From positions 43,216,001-43,280,000 of the forward strand of contig NC_058368.1 in NCBI RefSeq assembly GCF_018350175.1: a DNA stretch of 64,000 nt, written 5' to 3'. The position numbers were made by a program, and so were the translations under genes. Below the pieces are notes generated by a model. It did not search any database and was not told where the DNA came from. It saw only the letters and a list, made by a program, of their open reading frames with translations. The stretch is from Felis catus (Eukaryota). Positions 50,630 to 63,805 of the stretch are shown here, piece by piece. How positions within the stretch are numbered: position 1 is the stretch's first letter; each line of letters begins with the position of its first letter.

Positions 50630-50946
50630 TTATTTTTTAATTTATTTAAACTAAAAAAATACCCATTTCTCCCACCTCTAATCCCCCACCTCTGGCAATC
50701 ACCCATCTGTACTCTGTGTGTATGAGCTTAGTTTCAGTTATATTTATTTCAATATTAAAAATATATATTTACTATATAAAATACATACATATTTTAGATT
50801 CTATATATAAGGGGTACCATATGGTATTTGTCCTTATTTCTCTAATTTATTTCACTTAGCATAATGGCCTCTAGGGCCATCCATCTGGTTGCAAATGGTA
50901 AGATTTTATTATTTTATTCTTTTCTTATGGCCAAAGAGTATTCTAC

Positions 50947-50977
<31 letters not shown>

Positions 50978-52097
50978 GTGTGCACTAAAATTTTTTTATT
51001 TCACATCTTGGCTAACATAAATAATGCTGCAATGAACAACGGAGTACAAATATCTTTTCAAATTAGTGTTTTTGTTTTCTTCAGATAAATACCCAGAAGT
51101 AAAATTGCTGGATCATATAATACTTTTATTTTTAATTTTTTGAGGAAACTCCGTATTGTTTTCCAAAAAGGATACACCAGTTTACATTTCCATCAACAGT
51201 GTACAGGGATTCCATTTTTTATACAACTTTGTCAACACTTATTTCAAAACAGTCTTTTGGACAAAAACCGCTCTAACAAGTATGAGGTGATATCTCACCA
51301 TGGTTTTAATTTGCATTTCCCTGGAGAGTTTTGATGTTGAGCATCTTTTCATGTGCCTGTTGGTCATCTATATGTCTTCTTTGAAAAAAATGTCTATTAA
51401 GATCCTCTGCCCATTTTTTTATGAGGTTGTTTGCTTTCTTGCTATTGAGTTGCAGGAATTCTTTATATATTTTGGATATTAGCCCCTTATCAGATTTATG
51501 ATTTATCATAATAATATATTGATATATACTGACATAATGAAATAACATAATTCACTAGGTTGTCTTTCTGTTTTATTGATGATTTTCTTTGCTTATGAAT
51601 AAGATTTTTTTAGTTTAATGTAGTCTGAATTGCTTTTTATTACTTTTGTTGCTTTTGCTTTTGGTGTTAGGTTAAAAAATATCACCATGAAAACCAATGT
51701 CAAGGAGATTACCACCTATGTTTCTTTTAGGAGTTTTATGTTTTCAGGTCTTATGTTCAAGACTTTAATTAATTTTGAGTTAATCTTTGTGTATGGTATA
51801 TAAGAGTGGTCCAGTTTTATTGTTTTACATATGGCTGCCTGATTTTCCCTATACCATTTATCAAGAAGACTGTCTTTTCTCCATCGTGAATTCTTGGCTC
51901 CTTTTTTGTAAATTAATCATGTATGCATGGGTTTATTTCTGGGCTCTCTAGTCTGTTCTACTGGCTTATGTGTCTGGTTTTATTTTTATTTATTTATTTA
52001 TTGTTGCCAATACTATGCTGTTTTAAGTACTATAGCTTTATAATATAGTTTGAAATCAGGGGGAATGAGGTCTATGGCTTTGTTCCTTTTTCTCAAG
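50630..52097 (-). mobile_element. L1 (L1MA/carnivore type) ORF2 C-terminal region and 3' UTR, degenerate
   Basis: The - strand ORF 51306-51548 gives [36 protein letters not shown], the L1 ORF2p C-terminal segment, then frameshifts. Typical 3' UTR motifs; (TG)n at about 50947-50982. Confidence 0.95.
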
Positions 52098-53829
52098 GCA
52101 ATAAATTAAATTTTTGATACTTTATAGGATACTATCACATATGTCAGTTATTCCTTGCCATGTCTTTATTTTAATAAATATAGGTATAGGTAAAATAAAT
52201 TGGCTTAATCTACATTAACGAGAACTAAAAGAAAATATATTCACTATAAGCACTATACACTAATTTTAAAAGTATTTGGGAATGAATAATAGTTGTCATC
52301 CTGTTATGAATATTACATATATTTTGAAACTGGTCATGATTCCCTAAAGAATCTTGCATATTCTAAAAAAAAATAATAACACCATATTAAAGGTTATTTA
52401 GCCATTCTGAAGGTAGAAATAACCTATAGTTCAAAAAACATAAATGATCTATCTGTTTAAAGAGCATGGCCATTGTGCTCCAAAAAAGTCCCACCTTTTT
52501 TGAAATGGTTAGACTTCCCTAAATAAAATATGGTGGTTAGTCCAAGAATAGAGAAACTGAAGTTTCTTTTAAAGATTCCTAAGCAGAGTCCTCAAGAGGC
52601 TGAATTTTAAAGTAAGTGATATATTCTTTCTCTACTCTCAGCATGACTTCACAGACAGTTAAACTGCTTTAAAGTTTTAACTTTGTTAAAGAGGTTTAGA
52701 AGTTTAAAATAGTCCAACAGGAAGCCTGGAAGTGGGAGGGTAAATGGAGTATTTTCAGGGTTGGGCTAACTTTGAAGCAAAACATGAATAGTATTAAAAT
52801 CTAATATCAAAGGCTCTGTCTATGAATCGGTAAAAATTTAGGTAAACTTGAAAGCTTTTGATTGTTAGGACAAATAGTGCATTTCCTTACAATCTTTTGT
52901 TACCACCAAACCAAATAATCAGCCACAATCATCCTGACAATGTTACTTGAATATATGCAGTGTAGTTTTCACAAAGACTGATAATATTGGTTACTTAAGA
53001 TGCAGTTTATATCTTCATCTGAAATGGTGTTGGGATATGGCTATAAAGTTTAGAATATTCTTAAGGTGTTATGCTTTTATAACCAATTTATTAGCTTAAA
53101 ATACATCTAGATAAGTCACACTGATTCTAAGGGAACCAGAAGTTTTCCTGGCATATTAGGTGTCTTTTGGGTATGTCTATGAAGTGGCATTAACAGTATG
53201 TTTTTATTTACTTGTCATTTGCATTTAGTGTTTCTTGCAGAGTTAGAACTGTGAAAAAAGAGATGAGAAATACAATAATAGATAACAGGATTTTAAGTTA
53301 ATAACATGAAAAATTACATATATCCAATTAGAAAAGCAGGACATGGTGAATTAATTGAATGTCTTCATTTGGTACCTGTTTTAAAGATTAAAGCCCTAGA
53401 GCACAGTTTCTCTGGATTTTGAATCTGCAGCACAATAAAGCTCAAGTGCAATTTTATCTTATGTGATTTCAACACATTTTCTTCCTATTTTTCTTGTGGT
53501 TAAGTCAAATTAAACTTCCAGGTAAATTTATGTAAAAATTGTAAAGATTTTTCCTTATCATCTCAGGTAACTGATACGGAGACTTAAAGATAAACTTCCT
53601 CAGCATATTAAGATTATTTTGAATTCTGTGTAATTATATCACAGATATATATCACGTACCAATTACACAAATATGTGTTTTCATCTTCACACAAATCATT
53701 AAACAAAAACTGAACAAGTTATATACCTCATAGTACAATTTCAGAGACACACCTTCAGCATCTTCCTTCTTCATTCCTATTTCTTTTCATTCAACTATCA
53801 ATTGTAAAAGATTTATGAAGAAATAATTA

Positions 53830-54500
53830 CAATATATTCTCATTATTTACCATAATCATGTTCCATAAAGGAACAGAGATACTGAATTAGCAAACAATAG
53901 TTCATTGTTGTTAGGGAAAATACAAGATTAGCTTCCTGTGAGCTTGTGGTCACAATATTTCCATTGACCGATAAATACATGACCTTGTTTTATGTGTGTT
54001 TCTGTTTAACACCTTGTTTAGTACATTGTTTAGTCGTTTTGACACCTTGTTTAGTAGTGTTGTTAACTCAGTAACACTGAGTTCACTGACAATATCACTA
54101 TAATTCATGCTAAAGGAAGATTATCTGACACAGGCATTTTCTCCATAAGACACATCACAGCTAACTGCATTTAGGAACCCTGGACAGCACATACTTGGAG
54201 GAAGCTTAAATAGGAAAAAAATCATGAAGAATAATGGACAAAAATGCAAAAACATGGTGCTCTAGACCCTGAAAAGAACATTTATTTACAAAGTGAAAAA
54301 TTAACCAAGAAGACAGAGAATAACCATGTTGATCTCATGTGGTAATGGGTGCACTGAGTGATTCATATTTTTTGCTGTTTTTTACATGCACATGTTCACA
54401 AATGACTTCAAAATATAGTTTTGATTTTGTAGTTACAAATAAGTTTTAGCAAGTGTATAAATACATAAACATAAAATTTGCAAACAATGAGGAGCAATTG
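53830..54500 (-). mobile_element. MER82 (TcMar-Tigger) non-autonomous DNA transposon, near full length
   Basis: Terminal inverted repeats CAATATATTCTCATTATTT / AAACAATGAGGAGCAATTG, flanked by TA and CA. Internal ACCTTGTTTTATGTGTGTTTCTGTTTAA, ATTTTCTCCATAAGACACATCACAGC and GTTACAAATAAGTTTTAGC match MER82. Confidence 0.9.
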
Positions 54501-55438
54501 CACGTGTTAGGCATCACCTTCATGGGCGCCAACACAAAGTCAAATAAAATTTGGTCCATTCCTTCAGAGAACATTAATCTTTAATATATAGGAGACCTCA
54601 ATCATCACAAATATTTGTAACTTATTTCCTTCACTCTTTACACAAATATTTATTAAGAAATGAGTTGTTGAGTATATAGCATGATTCAAAGAATAAGATG
54701 AGTCCCTGGTTTCCAAAGAGATCTCAGTGAGGGATATGGGCTGGTGAAAAGACTAGTAGTATGCTCTGAATTGGAAAGCCCAAGTTGCAACTGGGACACA
54801 TAGAAGAGATACTATATGTTACTTACTTGCAGGTTAATAATAATAATGTCTTGGTAGACATGACCTTAAAGCTAAAACCTGAAGAAATGTGAATAAAAAA
54901 ATTACAAGTAGAAATTGAGTAGGCACAATAAGTAAATGAAAACATACACCCAAAGGCTTGGAGTTGAGAGACAGAAATAGAAAATAGTTTAGTATAGCAA
55001 TTGGCAGTGGGAAATGAGGGAAGTTAATGTATGGGAGTTATTGTTACATGGAAAAGGAAATGGTAAAGGAGAAGCAGTGAAATAAATTTATCTACAAATG
55101 TAAGCTGATGCCAAATGATGAAAGACATTAATATCAGTTAATTTAAGAAGCTGTCAATTCTTCCTGAGGGCAATGAGAACAATAAATCTAAAAGTGGCAT
55201 GATCAGAATTAATTTTTATCATGGTAGTCTGGCTCCAGATATGAGATTCATCAGGGATGTGGGGAGTGAGGCAGAGTTCTGATAAGCAAGGAGATCTGTA
55301 ACAGACATCTCAATAATCCTAGTGATAGATGAGATGATATGACCTGAAATAGGGTAGCAACAATGAAGATTGACACCAATGGATTAAGCTAAAAGATATT
55401 TAGGAGTTGGAGTCAACTGGAGTAGGTGATTGATTGGT

Positions 55439-55823
55439 TGTTGGAAGAGGCATTCTGCATTGGGCCAAGGATTGTGTTTGCAGAAAGCAATCTTTATGGA
55501 TGAGATATCATCTTCCTACAAAGTGCAGGAATGCTTACCTCACACTATTAAGCTCAGTTTTCCTCTGTTTTCTTTCACACAGCCCACTGAGGGTGCAGAC
55601 ATCCATCTAGAGTGATCTACATTGTCTCCATGGAATTTGGAAGGTCATGGAGAACTGGTGTTAAAACTAGAAGTTCTGGCTACTTTTTTTGTCTTGGGTA
55701 ATAAAGTCCTTTGACTCTATCCCAGGAGTCACACATTCTCTGCCAATTTCCATAAAACAGTAAGAGATTGGTGTGTTAGCATGTAAATAAGATAAATTCC
55801 CACACTCTTCAGAGTTCCTGACA
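55439..55823 (+). mobile_element. LTR40-like ERVL solo LTR
   Basis: TG...CA termini (TGTTGGAAGA...GTTCCTGACA). GTAATAAAGTCCTTTG.CTCT..CCCAGGAGTC and TGTTAGC.TG.AA.TA.GATAAA match the LTR40 3' end. 5-bp TSD TTGGT/ATGGT. Confidence 0.8.
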
Positions 55824-56140
55824 ATGGTTAAATAATTCCATGGTTTCTGACTTGTGTAACTCAAAATCACTGGTATAGGGGACACAATGAAATATGAATT
55901 TCAGTGTAAAGGAAACAAGATCTGTTTTAGAAATGTTGAATTTAAAGTGTCTAAAGCACACACAAGAAGATAATTCCAGGAGACAATAGGATATGTAGAT
56001 CTGTAGACAAGAAGATATATAAAATATTAAGAACTTTCAGATTATAATTTCATTAGTAAAGGAATATGGGGAATGACAAACTGAATGTCTAGACTGATTA
56101 AAACAGTTTACACAACAGTATGCAGAAGTATATACACATT

Positions 56141-56307
56141 TTTTTGAGAGAGAGAAAGAAAGCACGAGTGGGGGGTGGGGGGGGCAAAGTGAGAGAGAGA
56201 GACAGAATCCAAGCCTGACACAGGGCTTGATCTCATGACTGCTAGATCACAACCTAAGCTGAAATCAAGAGTTGCATGCTTAACCAATTGAGCCATCCAG
56301 GAACCCC
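56141..56307 (-). mobile_element. CanSINE (older)
   Basis: 11-bp TSD core ATATACACATT (56130-56140, 56313-56323). Confidence 0.93.
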
Positions 56308-56457
56308 AAACCATATACACATTGAAGGGATAGTTTGGAACAGGAGAGTTTGGAGCTATGAGAGGGCAGGCCATGAAATGTTTTAAGAAGAAAGCACTCT
56401 AATGAATGAAGTCTAAGATATCAAATGAGCATTCTTTTTGACAACAAAAAAATTATT

Positions 56458-57164
56458 TTTTCCTACCAAGTTTTCATTTCAATTAGTTAGTTAAGCATAC
56501 AAGTTAGTTAACATTCAGCGTAATACTAGTTTCAGGTGTAGGAATTAGTGATTCATCACTTACATAAAGTCATCACAAGTGCCCTCCTTTAATATCCATC
56601 ACCTATTTAACTGATCCCCACACCCTCATCCCCTCCAATAACCATCAGTTTGCTTTCTATAGTTAAGAATCTGTTTTATGGTTTGCCTCTCTTTCCCTCC
56701 TCTACGTTTATGTTTTGTTTCTTAAGTTCCACATGAGCGAAATCATATGGTATTTGTCTTTGAATGACTTATTTTGCTTAGCATAATACTCTCTAGCTCC
56801 ATCCATGTCATTGCAAATGGCAAGATTTCATTCTTTTTCATGGCTGAGTAATATTCTATTGTATATATCTACACCACCTCTTCTTTATCCATTCATCAGT
56901 CGATAGACATTTGGGCTCTTTTCATAATTTGGCTATTGTTGATAATGCAACTATAAACATCAAGGTGCATGTGTCCCTTCGAATCAGTATTTTTGTACCT
57001 TTTGGGTAAATACCTAGTAGTACAATTGCTGGCTTATTAGGGTAGTTCCATTTTTAACGTTTTGAGGACCCCCCCCAAACTATTTTGCCAAGTGGCTGCA
57101 CCAGTTCACATTCCCATCAACAGTGTAAGAAGGTTCCCCTTTCTCCACACCCTTGCCAACATCT
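56458..57164 (-). mobile_element. 5'-truncated carnivore L1 (~700 bp) with TSD
   Basis: TAGTTTCAGGTGTAG..TTAGTGATTCATCACTTACATA, CACAAGTGCCCTCC, GGTAAATACCTAGTAGT. 17-bp TSD ACAACAAAAAAATTATT / ACAACAAGAAGGTTATT (56441-56457, 57165-57181). Confidence 0.95.
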
Positions 57165-58154
57165 ACAACAAGAAGGTTATTAATAACCTGCTATCATAGT
57201 AGTTTTTATAGATTTGACAGATGTAAAAACAAAAATATAATAGTTTGTGCAGAGAATGAATTGTAGGAAGTAACAACAATACATTAAAAATAAAAAGGCA
57301 GAGATGTGGTGTAAAATAATATAGGGGGAAAAGGAATATATTTCTTAAAATGGGAAAACACTTGAGTGTGTTTGTTTGTTTGTTTGTTTTTTAGGAGGGG
57401 TTTAGGAAGGGAAAGGTGTCAAAATTTATTGAGAGATGTTTCTGAAAAATGGTACAAGATGATACTAGCTTTTAAATAATCTTTTCTATCATATACCAAG
57501 GAAGTGGAAAAAGGTAAATAAAGAAAAGTGTGTTTTGTATCAAGAAGAGGAGGGAGGCCCTCTGTTCCCTTCTATTTTCTCAGTAATGTGAAAAGAGTTC
57601 AAGAGAGAGAAAAGAAGGGTGGAGCAATCAGAGATGTGACTAAAATTTAAAAGAGCTGCTCTTCAGATCTAAGGAGAGTACTACCTATGCGTATGCAATA
57701 GGACAACTGAGTACCTTGAGAGGATAGCTGATGTTAAAGATCATGAGTTAACATAGGAAGCTGTTTTTGAGATTTTGTGTTGAGGTTTCTAGGGTAGTCC
57801 TCAGCACTGTGGTAGGCACATTCTAAAGCATATATTAGAGATGACAGAACTTTCAGTTGATGGGGTGGAAGGACTTTTCACTAACTGGTGGGACAGAAAA
57901 ACAATGAAGCTGCTTAGTTAAATGTAATGGTAAAAGAAGGATGCCAGTTCTTTAAATGACAAGCTGTAAGTATTAATGTAAGTAAAGGAAGAAGAGAAAG
58001 CTGAAAGGGGAAAAACAGAATAATAGGCCTCAATGTTTCAAGGGGGTTGAGAAAATTGCTAGGGAGAGTAATTTAAGGAGCAAGTTAAATGATACAGAAA
58101 TTGTGTCATGGATTGAGAAATTTAATTATGGAGTCCATATAAAGTAGTTCTAAT

Positions 58155-58280
58155 TGCTTTATTAAACAACTTACTGAGCTCCTCTTATATTCTGAGAACT
58201 GTCCTAGGTGTTGGAGGTATTCTAGTGTAAGAAAAAGTTAAAACTCCTACCATCTTGGACCCTATATTACAAAGAGAAAA
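58155..58280 (-). mobile_element. L2 3'-end fragment
   Basis: TTACTGAGCTCCTCTTAT.TTCTGAGAACTGTCCTAGGTGTTGGAGGTA..TAGTG.AAGAA...TCCTACCATCTTGGA. Confidence 0.75.
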
Positions 58281-59179
58281 ATTATCACAATTTTATTTGG
58301 TGAGTATGCCTCTACGTATTTTTTATTATGTATGTCTCTAATTTATATTGGCTTTCTTTTTTTTAGTTTTATTTTACACAATTTTCTTCTCCATTCTACT
58401 TTACCTCTTAACAGTCTTTTGTGCACATCTAGATGTAACTTATCATTTTTAAAGTCATAAGGTTATAGTGTGAAAGTAACATAAATCTCTTCTTGTTTTG
58501 TCACGATTTTCTATTAGACTGTCTTTCTCAGCGACTCATTAAAACATATATAAAATATATATAAAAATCACATAATATAATTATATATAATTCAGACTAT
58601 ATTTTGACACAGTATTTTTTTATATTAGCATTTCAAAACATGTTAATTATATATTTTGTAACTTTCTGTAATGCATCTCTGAAGAAGCACCATCTTATAA
58701 GAATAACTCTTGTAAAACACATTGAGTGCTTAAAATATTAAATTGCATAGTTATGAATATATGATTTTGATAGGATGATTCATTTGTTGAATCAAATCTA
58801 AAAGTGTTTCATGAAAAGTATGATCTGAAATCCTAACATACAAATGATAACCACAAAAATAGTCTGGTTAGGCATTTTAATTAAAGTATATGCCTACAAA
58901 CTTAATATTGGGAGTCAGATGAGGAACCAAATTCTCTAGTAAATATACTTACTGTAATTTAAAGGATAGACTAAATAGGTATGGTTTGTATTCCCAACAT
59001 CCTCCAATTACAGCATATTTATTTCAATCTTTGAGCTTTTATGTGTATGCCATGCATGTGAAATAAGCTGCAGGACTGTTACAAGTTTATTGTATACACT
59101 TAAATGCAGAGAAACTGTCATTTGTGTTACCAGAACTAGTGACTATTCCTCCAGCAGATCTGGTTATCTGTTGCGTGAT

Positions 59180-59295
59180 GACCATAATTTTTAAAGGCGA
59201 TGACCTCGTCTATCTTGTTCACTACCATACCCTCAGTGCCCACCCCAGTAGCTTGAATGTAGTTGACAAACCAATACGAGCTGCAATGAATAAAT
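59180..59295 (+). mobile_element. L2 3'-end fragment
   Basis: AAGGCGATGACCTCGTCTATCTTGTTCACT.CCATACCCTCAGTGCC...AATGAATAAAT. Confidence 0.7.
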
Positions 59296-59903
59296 TTAAC
59301 TTGAATTATTCACTTTTAATACTTCCTTAACAGAAACATGTATGTATATACAACATCTTATGAAAGGTCACATATAGTCCAGTTTAAAGCGTATGCTACT
59401 AAAAGCAAAGTACTCATGATATATAAAACATTTATATTACACACTTTTTTTAAAGCTTCTAATAGTTCATTTGCAAGTTCTTTCTGATGTTTTGGCTTCT
59501 AAGATATTCACTGGAGGCTTTCTCGGTTATTTTATTTTCTTTTATGCAGCTAAACTTCATGTGTTTTTAGAAAATGAAAAAAGAAAACACAGAATACCGT
59601 CTGCTTGCTAAAAATCTCACATATGAAACTGCAACAAGGGTTCTATGTCTGAGAAGAGATTTAAGCTGTTCCACACCTCAGAGATTTAACCACCTTCTCT
59701 TCTGGTATATTTTATATCCACATTTTATTGTCCTGTAACTTATGGCAAGACCTTAGAGAAGCAACCGTGTCCTTGAATATACTGTTTTCCTTACTACACA
59801 GATAACACATAATAATCATGCCATAATAACTTTAAAGAAAGAAATAGGAAGTCGTATTTTTACCCTATTCATCTTTACTGGGGAAATTTTCTGATTGAAA
59901 AAT

Positions 59904-59943
59904 GTTTATTAGCAAAGTTTATTAGCAAAGTTTATTAGCAAAG
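59904..59943. repeat. 13-bp unit x3 perfect tandem repeat
   Basis: GTTTATTAGCAAA x3. Confidence 0.95.
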
Positions 59944-60501
59944 ATTCTCTCCAATCTCAAAGCAATTGTGAAGAACTATCCATCTTCTTTTTTTTTCACA
60001 TAATTTAATTGATGGTATTGCAAATATAATTATCATCTCATCGTAAATCATCTCAATGTATCAACTCAATAGCGAAAATAATTAAAATTAATATGTTTAA
60101 CAACATATTATCTTACCCATTCATTTAAGTTCTATCACCTGAATTTTTCAAACAGGAAAATAAAATTTTCCTATCACCTTTTGTTAACCAATATACTTGT
60201 GCTGACAAAAGAGTAAGAATTTAGATAATTATCTGTTAAATCAGGTAAATTTGGTTCTTAGGAGCAAACTGATTTCTTCTCGAGATTAATTCATGCTTCC
60301 ATTGGTAACAATTATCTGTCAAGCACAAAGTAAAATGGACAGTAAGCAGTATCTAGATTCCATGATGTCCAACAATACTGTATTATTTATTACCCAATTA
60401 AACAGAAAACATACATGGTTGAGATAATTATGCATATAATTGTAGAGTAAATTGCCTCTAATCTTGAGGGAAAAAATTTGCTCCCAAGATGAAAATTTTC
60501 T

Positions 60502-60728
60502 GTTATTTTTTATTTTTGATAATTATTTATTTTTGAAAGAGAGAGAGAGAGAGAGAGCACAAGCAGGGGAGGGGCAGAGACAGAGAGAGAGACACACAGA
60601 ATCCAAAGCAGGCTCCAGTCTCTGTGCTAACAACTCAGAGCCTGCCATGGAGCTCGAACTCATGAACTATGAGATCATGACCTGAGCCGAAGTCAGATGC
60701 TTAAGCGACTGAACCACCTAGGCACCCC
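60502..60728 (-). mobile_element. CanSINE
   Basis: 16-bp TSD AAGATGAAAA(T/A)TTTCT (60486-60501, 60729-60744). Confidence 0.96.
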
Positions 60729-61064
60729 AAGATGAAAAATTTCTAAGTAAATTATCATAATGATGAAACTCATGGGTCTTGGTCAGTTGTCTGTATTAGT
60801 TTTCCAAGGTAGTCAGCACTTTGGAATTTTCTTTTATTTTACTTCATTTGAACTGCTAATTAAAAAGTTAATGGACAATGAAATGGCCAAAAAGTGGATG
60901 GTGTATAGAATAAAAAAAGGCAAACATATAGATTTTTTCCTTTAGAGAAGGGACAGTATACAGTCAATGAAATGATTCATCTTACAGAGGTAAATCTAGT
61001 TCATTAATTATGAAAACATCCTTTCTGAGTAAGGTAATGTAGTTTTTTATTAATTTAAAATTTA

Positions 61065-61264
61065 TCTATTTTATTTTATTTTATTATTTTTTTAGAGAGA
61101 GAGCACTAGTGGGGGAGAAAGGCAGAGGGAGAGAGAGAGAATCTGAAGCAGGCTCTATGGTCAGCATGGAGCCCAACATGGGCTTAACCTCACAACTGTG
61201 AGCTCATGACCTGAGCCAAAATCAAAGGTAGGGCACTTAACCAATTAAGCCACCCAGCCACCTC
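61065..61264 (-). mobile_element. CanSINE (older)
   Basis: GAATCTGAAGCAGGCTC...TCATGACCTGAGCCAAAATCAA...CTTAACCAATTAAGCCACCCAG; (TTTTA)n tail. Confidence 0.92.
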
Positions 61265-62580
61265 TGTTTAAAGTATTTTTACATTATTTTTTAAAAAATG
61301 GTTTAATAAGAGAATATAAAAAATGTTTTAATAAAAAATGTTTTAATGAGAGAATGTTTAGATATTGTTGAAGTAAAATTTGAAGATTATGAAAAGGTAT
61401 AGAAAATGAGAAAATAGAGACAGAAAATAGTGAAATAGAGAAAAAACATTGATCTTAGTGATTACAGACTAATAGTCTATTAACCATAGGCCAATGATTA
61501 TTGATTATTGGTATGATTTATCAATAAATTGCTTAAGGGAGAGATGAAATGTTAATTATTTGGAACTTGAATCGTTTACTTATTAGAAGGAATACCAAAG
61601 TGTCTGACATATAGAAAGTACACAGTAAATAATTTTTATCTGCCCTAACTTGAAATAACAAAACTTATTCTGGCTGCCTTTGCAATTTATGGATAATTGA
61701 GAGCTTAAATTTACCCCTGTTTTTTAATAGATATGGGTTTTAAGCATAGATACTTCAAGCATGTATTTATGACTCTGTCTTATTAAATAGTTGCTTGGAT
61801 AAAACCTAGAGAACATATTTATCAAGTTGAAGATACAAAAAACAACTGGACATAAAACAGCCTATTCCAAAGTCTGCAAGTTTGAGGACAAGTAAAAACT
61901 GAAAATGATATGTGAGAAAAATGTAGACTAGTTTTGATTTTTACCTATTAAGTACATATAAAATTCATTTTGGAAGACTAGTAGCACAAGGGAAGTCTGT
62001 TGCATGAAAAAGTAATATAGTATAAATGCAATTAAAAATGAAACTAAGTAACATGTTTAAATGTATTCCAATGCTTAGAGACTTTAGAGATTTCAAGATA
62101 AAGGTCTGTGTTCATTAGACAACATATGAAATTCTCCATCCAGTTTGGGCATCCCATTTTATGGCATCCTTTATATTCAAAATGTAATTAAAGGAAGGTG
62201 CATAAATCATATGATTACTAGAAATTGTCACATGAAGAATTAGTAAACTGGAACACTTATCTTACAGAAGAAAATATTTAAAGCTATACAATATGTGTTA
62301 ATAGAAGTAGATGCATAATTACTCTAGGGTTTATTAGAGGGGCAAAAGAGATTAAATAATAAGTTATTGAAAGGAAAATTTTGTTCACTTTTTATGAGAA
62401 AGCATTGTCTAAAACTAAGTGTTGTACAACAGTGGAATTGCCAATTTCTTGCAGTGGCATTTTCCTTTAAGTGAATATATTCAAGGAAAAACTGGGGTGT
62501 TAAGGGATTCTGTTTGGGTAGGAAATTAAGTTGACAGCTAAATTTCAAGTCTCAACTCTATTAATAATCTTTGAGTGAAA

Positions 62581-62789
62581 AAAATTTAAATGTTCATCTA
62601 TTTATTATTGAGAGAGAGAGAGCATGAGTGGGGAAGGGGCAGAGAAAGACAGCAGGGCAGAGCATCCCAAAGAGGCTCCACGCTGTCAGCAAAGCCTGAT
62701 GAGGGGTTTGAACTCGCCAACCGTGTGACCATGACCTGAGCCAAAACCAAGAGTCAGACGCTTAACCGACTGAGTCACCCAGGAGCCCC
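62581..62789 (-). mobile_element. CanSINE
   Basis: TSD core TGAGTGAAA (62572-62580, 62790-62798); head ends GGAGCCCC. Confidence 0.95.
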
Positions 62790-63248
62790 TGAGTGAAATT
62801 TTGTTGTTAATAGTTTCCTTATACACAGGTCTAGACTTCATACCATATTCGTATGCATATAATAAATATATCATATTATTTTAACTATCTGTATATATAG
62901 TATCTATCCATATAGGTACATAAATTCAGAAAAGTATGTAATTCATTTTGTATTTACAATTTATATAAATGTATCAACTCTAAATATACTTCGATATTTA
63001 TGATTTTAGTTATTTGTGGCATTTTTTTCTATTTAAACTGGGAACAGATTTCATTGTATTTGTATATCTCACAGTTGAGTCATGTGAAGAAAAATGTGGA
63101 TAGGAAATCCCTCATAATTGCTTTTGAGATGTTGGATTCTCAAGTAGAGATGCATACAAGAGAAATGCAACTTCTGATTTCTTTCATTTGTAAAGGTTTA
63201 CTAACTTGATCCTGAAGTCTATAAACCATTCATTAGTAGACTAGACTG

Positions 63249-63249
<1 letters not shown>

Positions 63250-63291
<42 letters not shown>
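63250..63291. repeat. (TA)~21 microsatellite
   Basis: Read directly; uninterrupted. Confidence 0.97.
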
Positions 63292-63292
<1 letters not shown>

Positions 63293-63396
63293 TTGAAGTT
63301 GCTTCAATATGAAAGATATATTATACTTAAATCGTGTTTCCAGCTGAATACAAAGAGCATAATAAGCTGAACTTTCATTTATTTATAATTTATTTT

Positions 63397-63589
63397 GGGG
63401 GAGCCTGGTTGGCTCAGTCGGTTGAGTGTGGGACACCTGTTTTCAGCTCAGGTCATGATCCCAGGGTCATGGGATCAAGTCCAGCATTGGGCTCCACACT
63501 GAACATGGAGCCAGCTTAAGATTCTCTCTCTCTCCCTCTGACCTCTCCCTTGCTCATGATCTCTCACTCTCTTTCAAATTAAAAAAAAA
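63397..63589 (+). mobile_element. CanSINE, older carnivore-wide type
   Basis: GCCTGGTTGGCTCAGTCGGTTGAG...GGTCATGATCCCAGGGTCATGGGATCAAG...GCTTAAGATTCTCTCTC, A-tail. Confidence 0.94.
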
Positions 63590-63600
63590 TTAAGAGTACA

Positions 63601-63805
63601 CTATATATTAATGTATATTAATTATATCATACACTATAATAATATATAATTGTATATTATATATTAGTGATATATATTAAATATAATTATTATATATAAT
63701 TATTGTATAATTACTTTTATTATACAATTATATTGCATTATGTATTAATAACTTATGTTAACATTATATATTAATAAATTACATATATACATATAATTTA
63801 TTTTA
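63601..63805. repeat. Extremely AT-rich low-complexity tract
   Basis: Degenerate TATA/TAAT units with very few G or C. Confidence 0.85.

Larger units (their letters stand above)
54620..58140 (-). mobile_element. Long degenerate L2 LINE interrupted by LTR40, a SINE and an L1
   Basis: L2 terminus ACAAATATTTATTAAG at about 54640. Purine-rich L2-like blocks (GGCAATGAGAAC, GGCATGATCAGA, GATATTTAGGAGTTGGAGTCAAC, TTTTAGAAATGTTGAATTTAAAGTGTCT) continue across the insertions. Distal boundary uncertain. Confidence 0.65.

Noticed and set aside
50864..51548. ORFs 50864, 51140, 51300 and 51306 as host genes or an active L1
   Set aside because: All lie in a truncated, frameshifted L1 ORF2/3' UTR relic.
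55430..55885. ORFs 55430-55615 and 55667-55885
   Set aside because: They overlap the LTR40-like solo LTR and show no gag, pol or env similarity that I can see.
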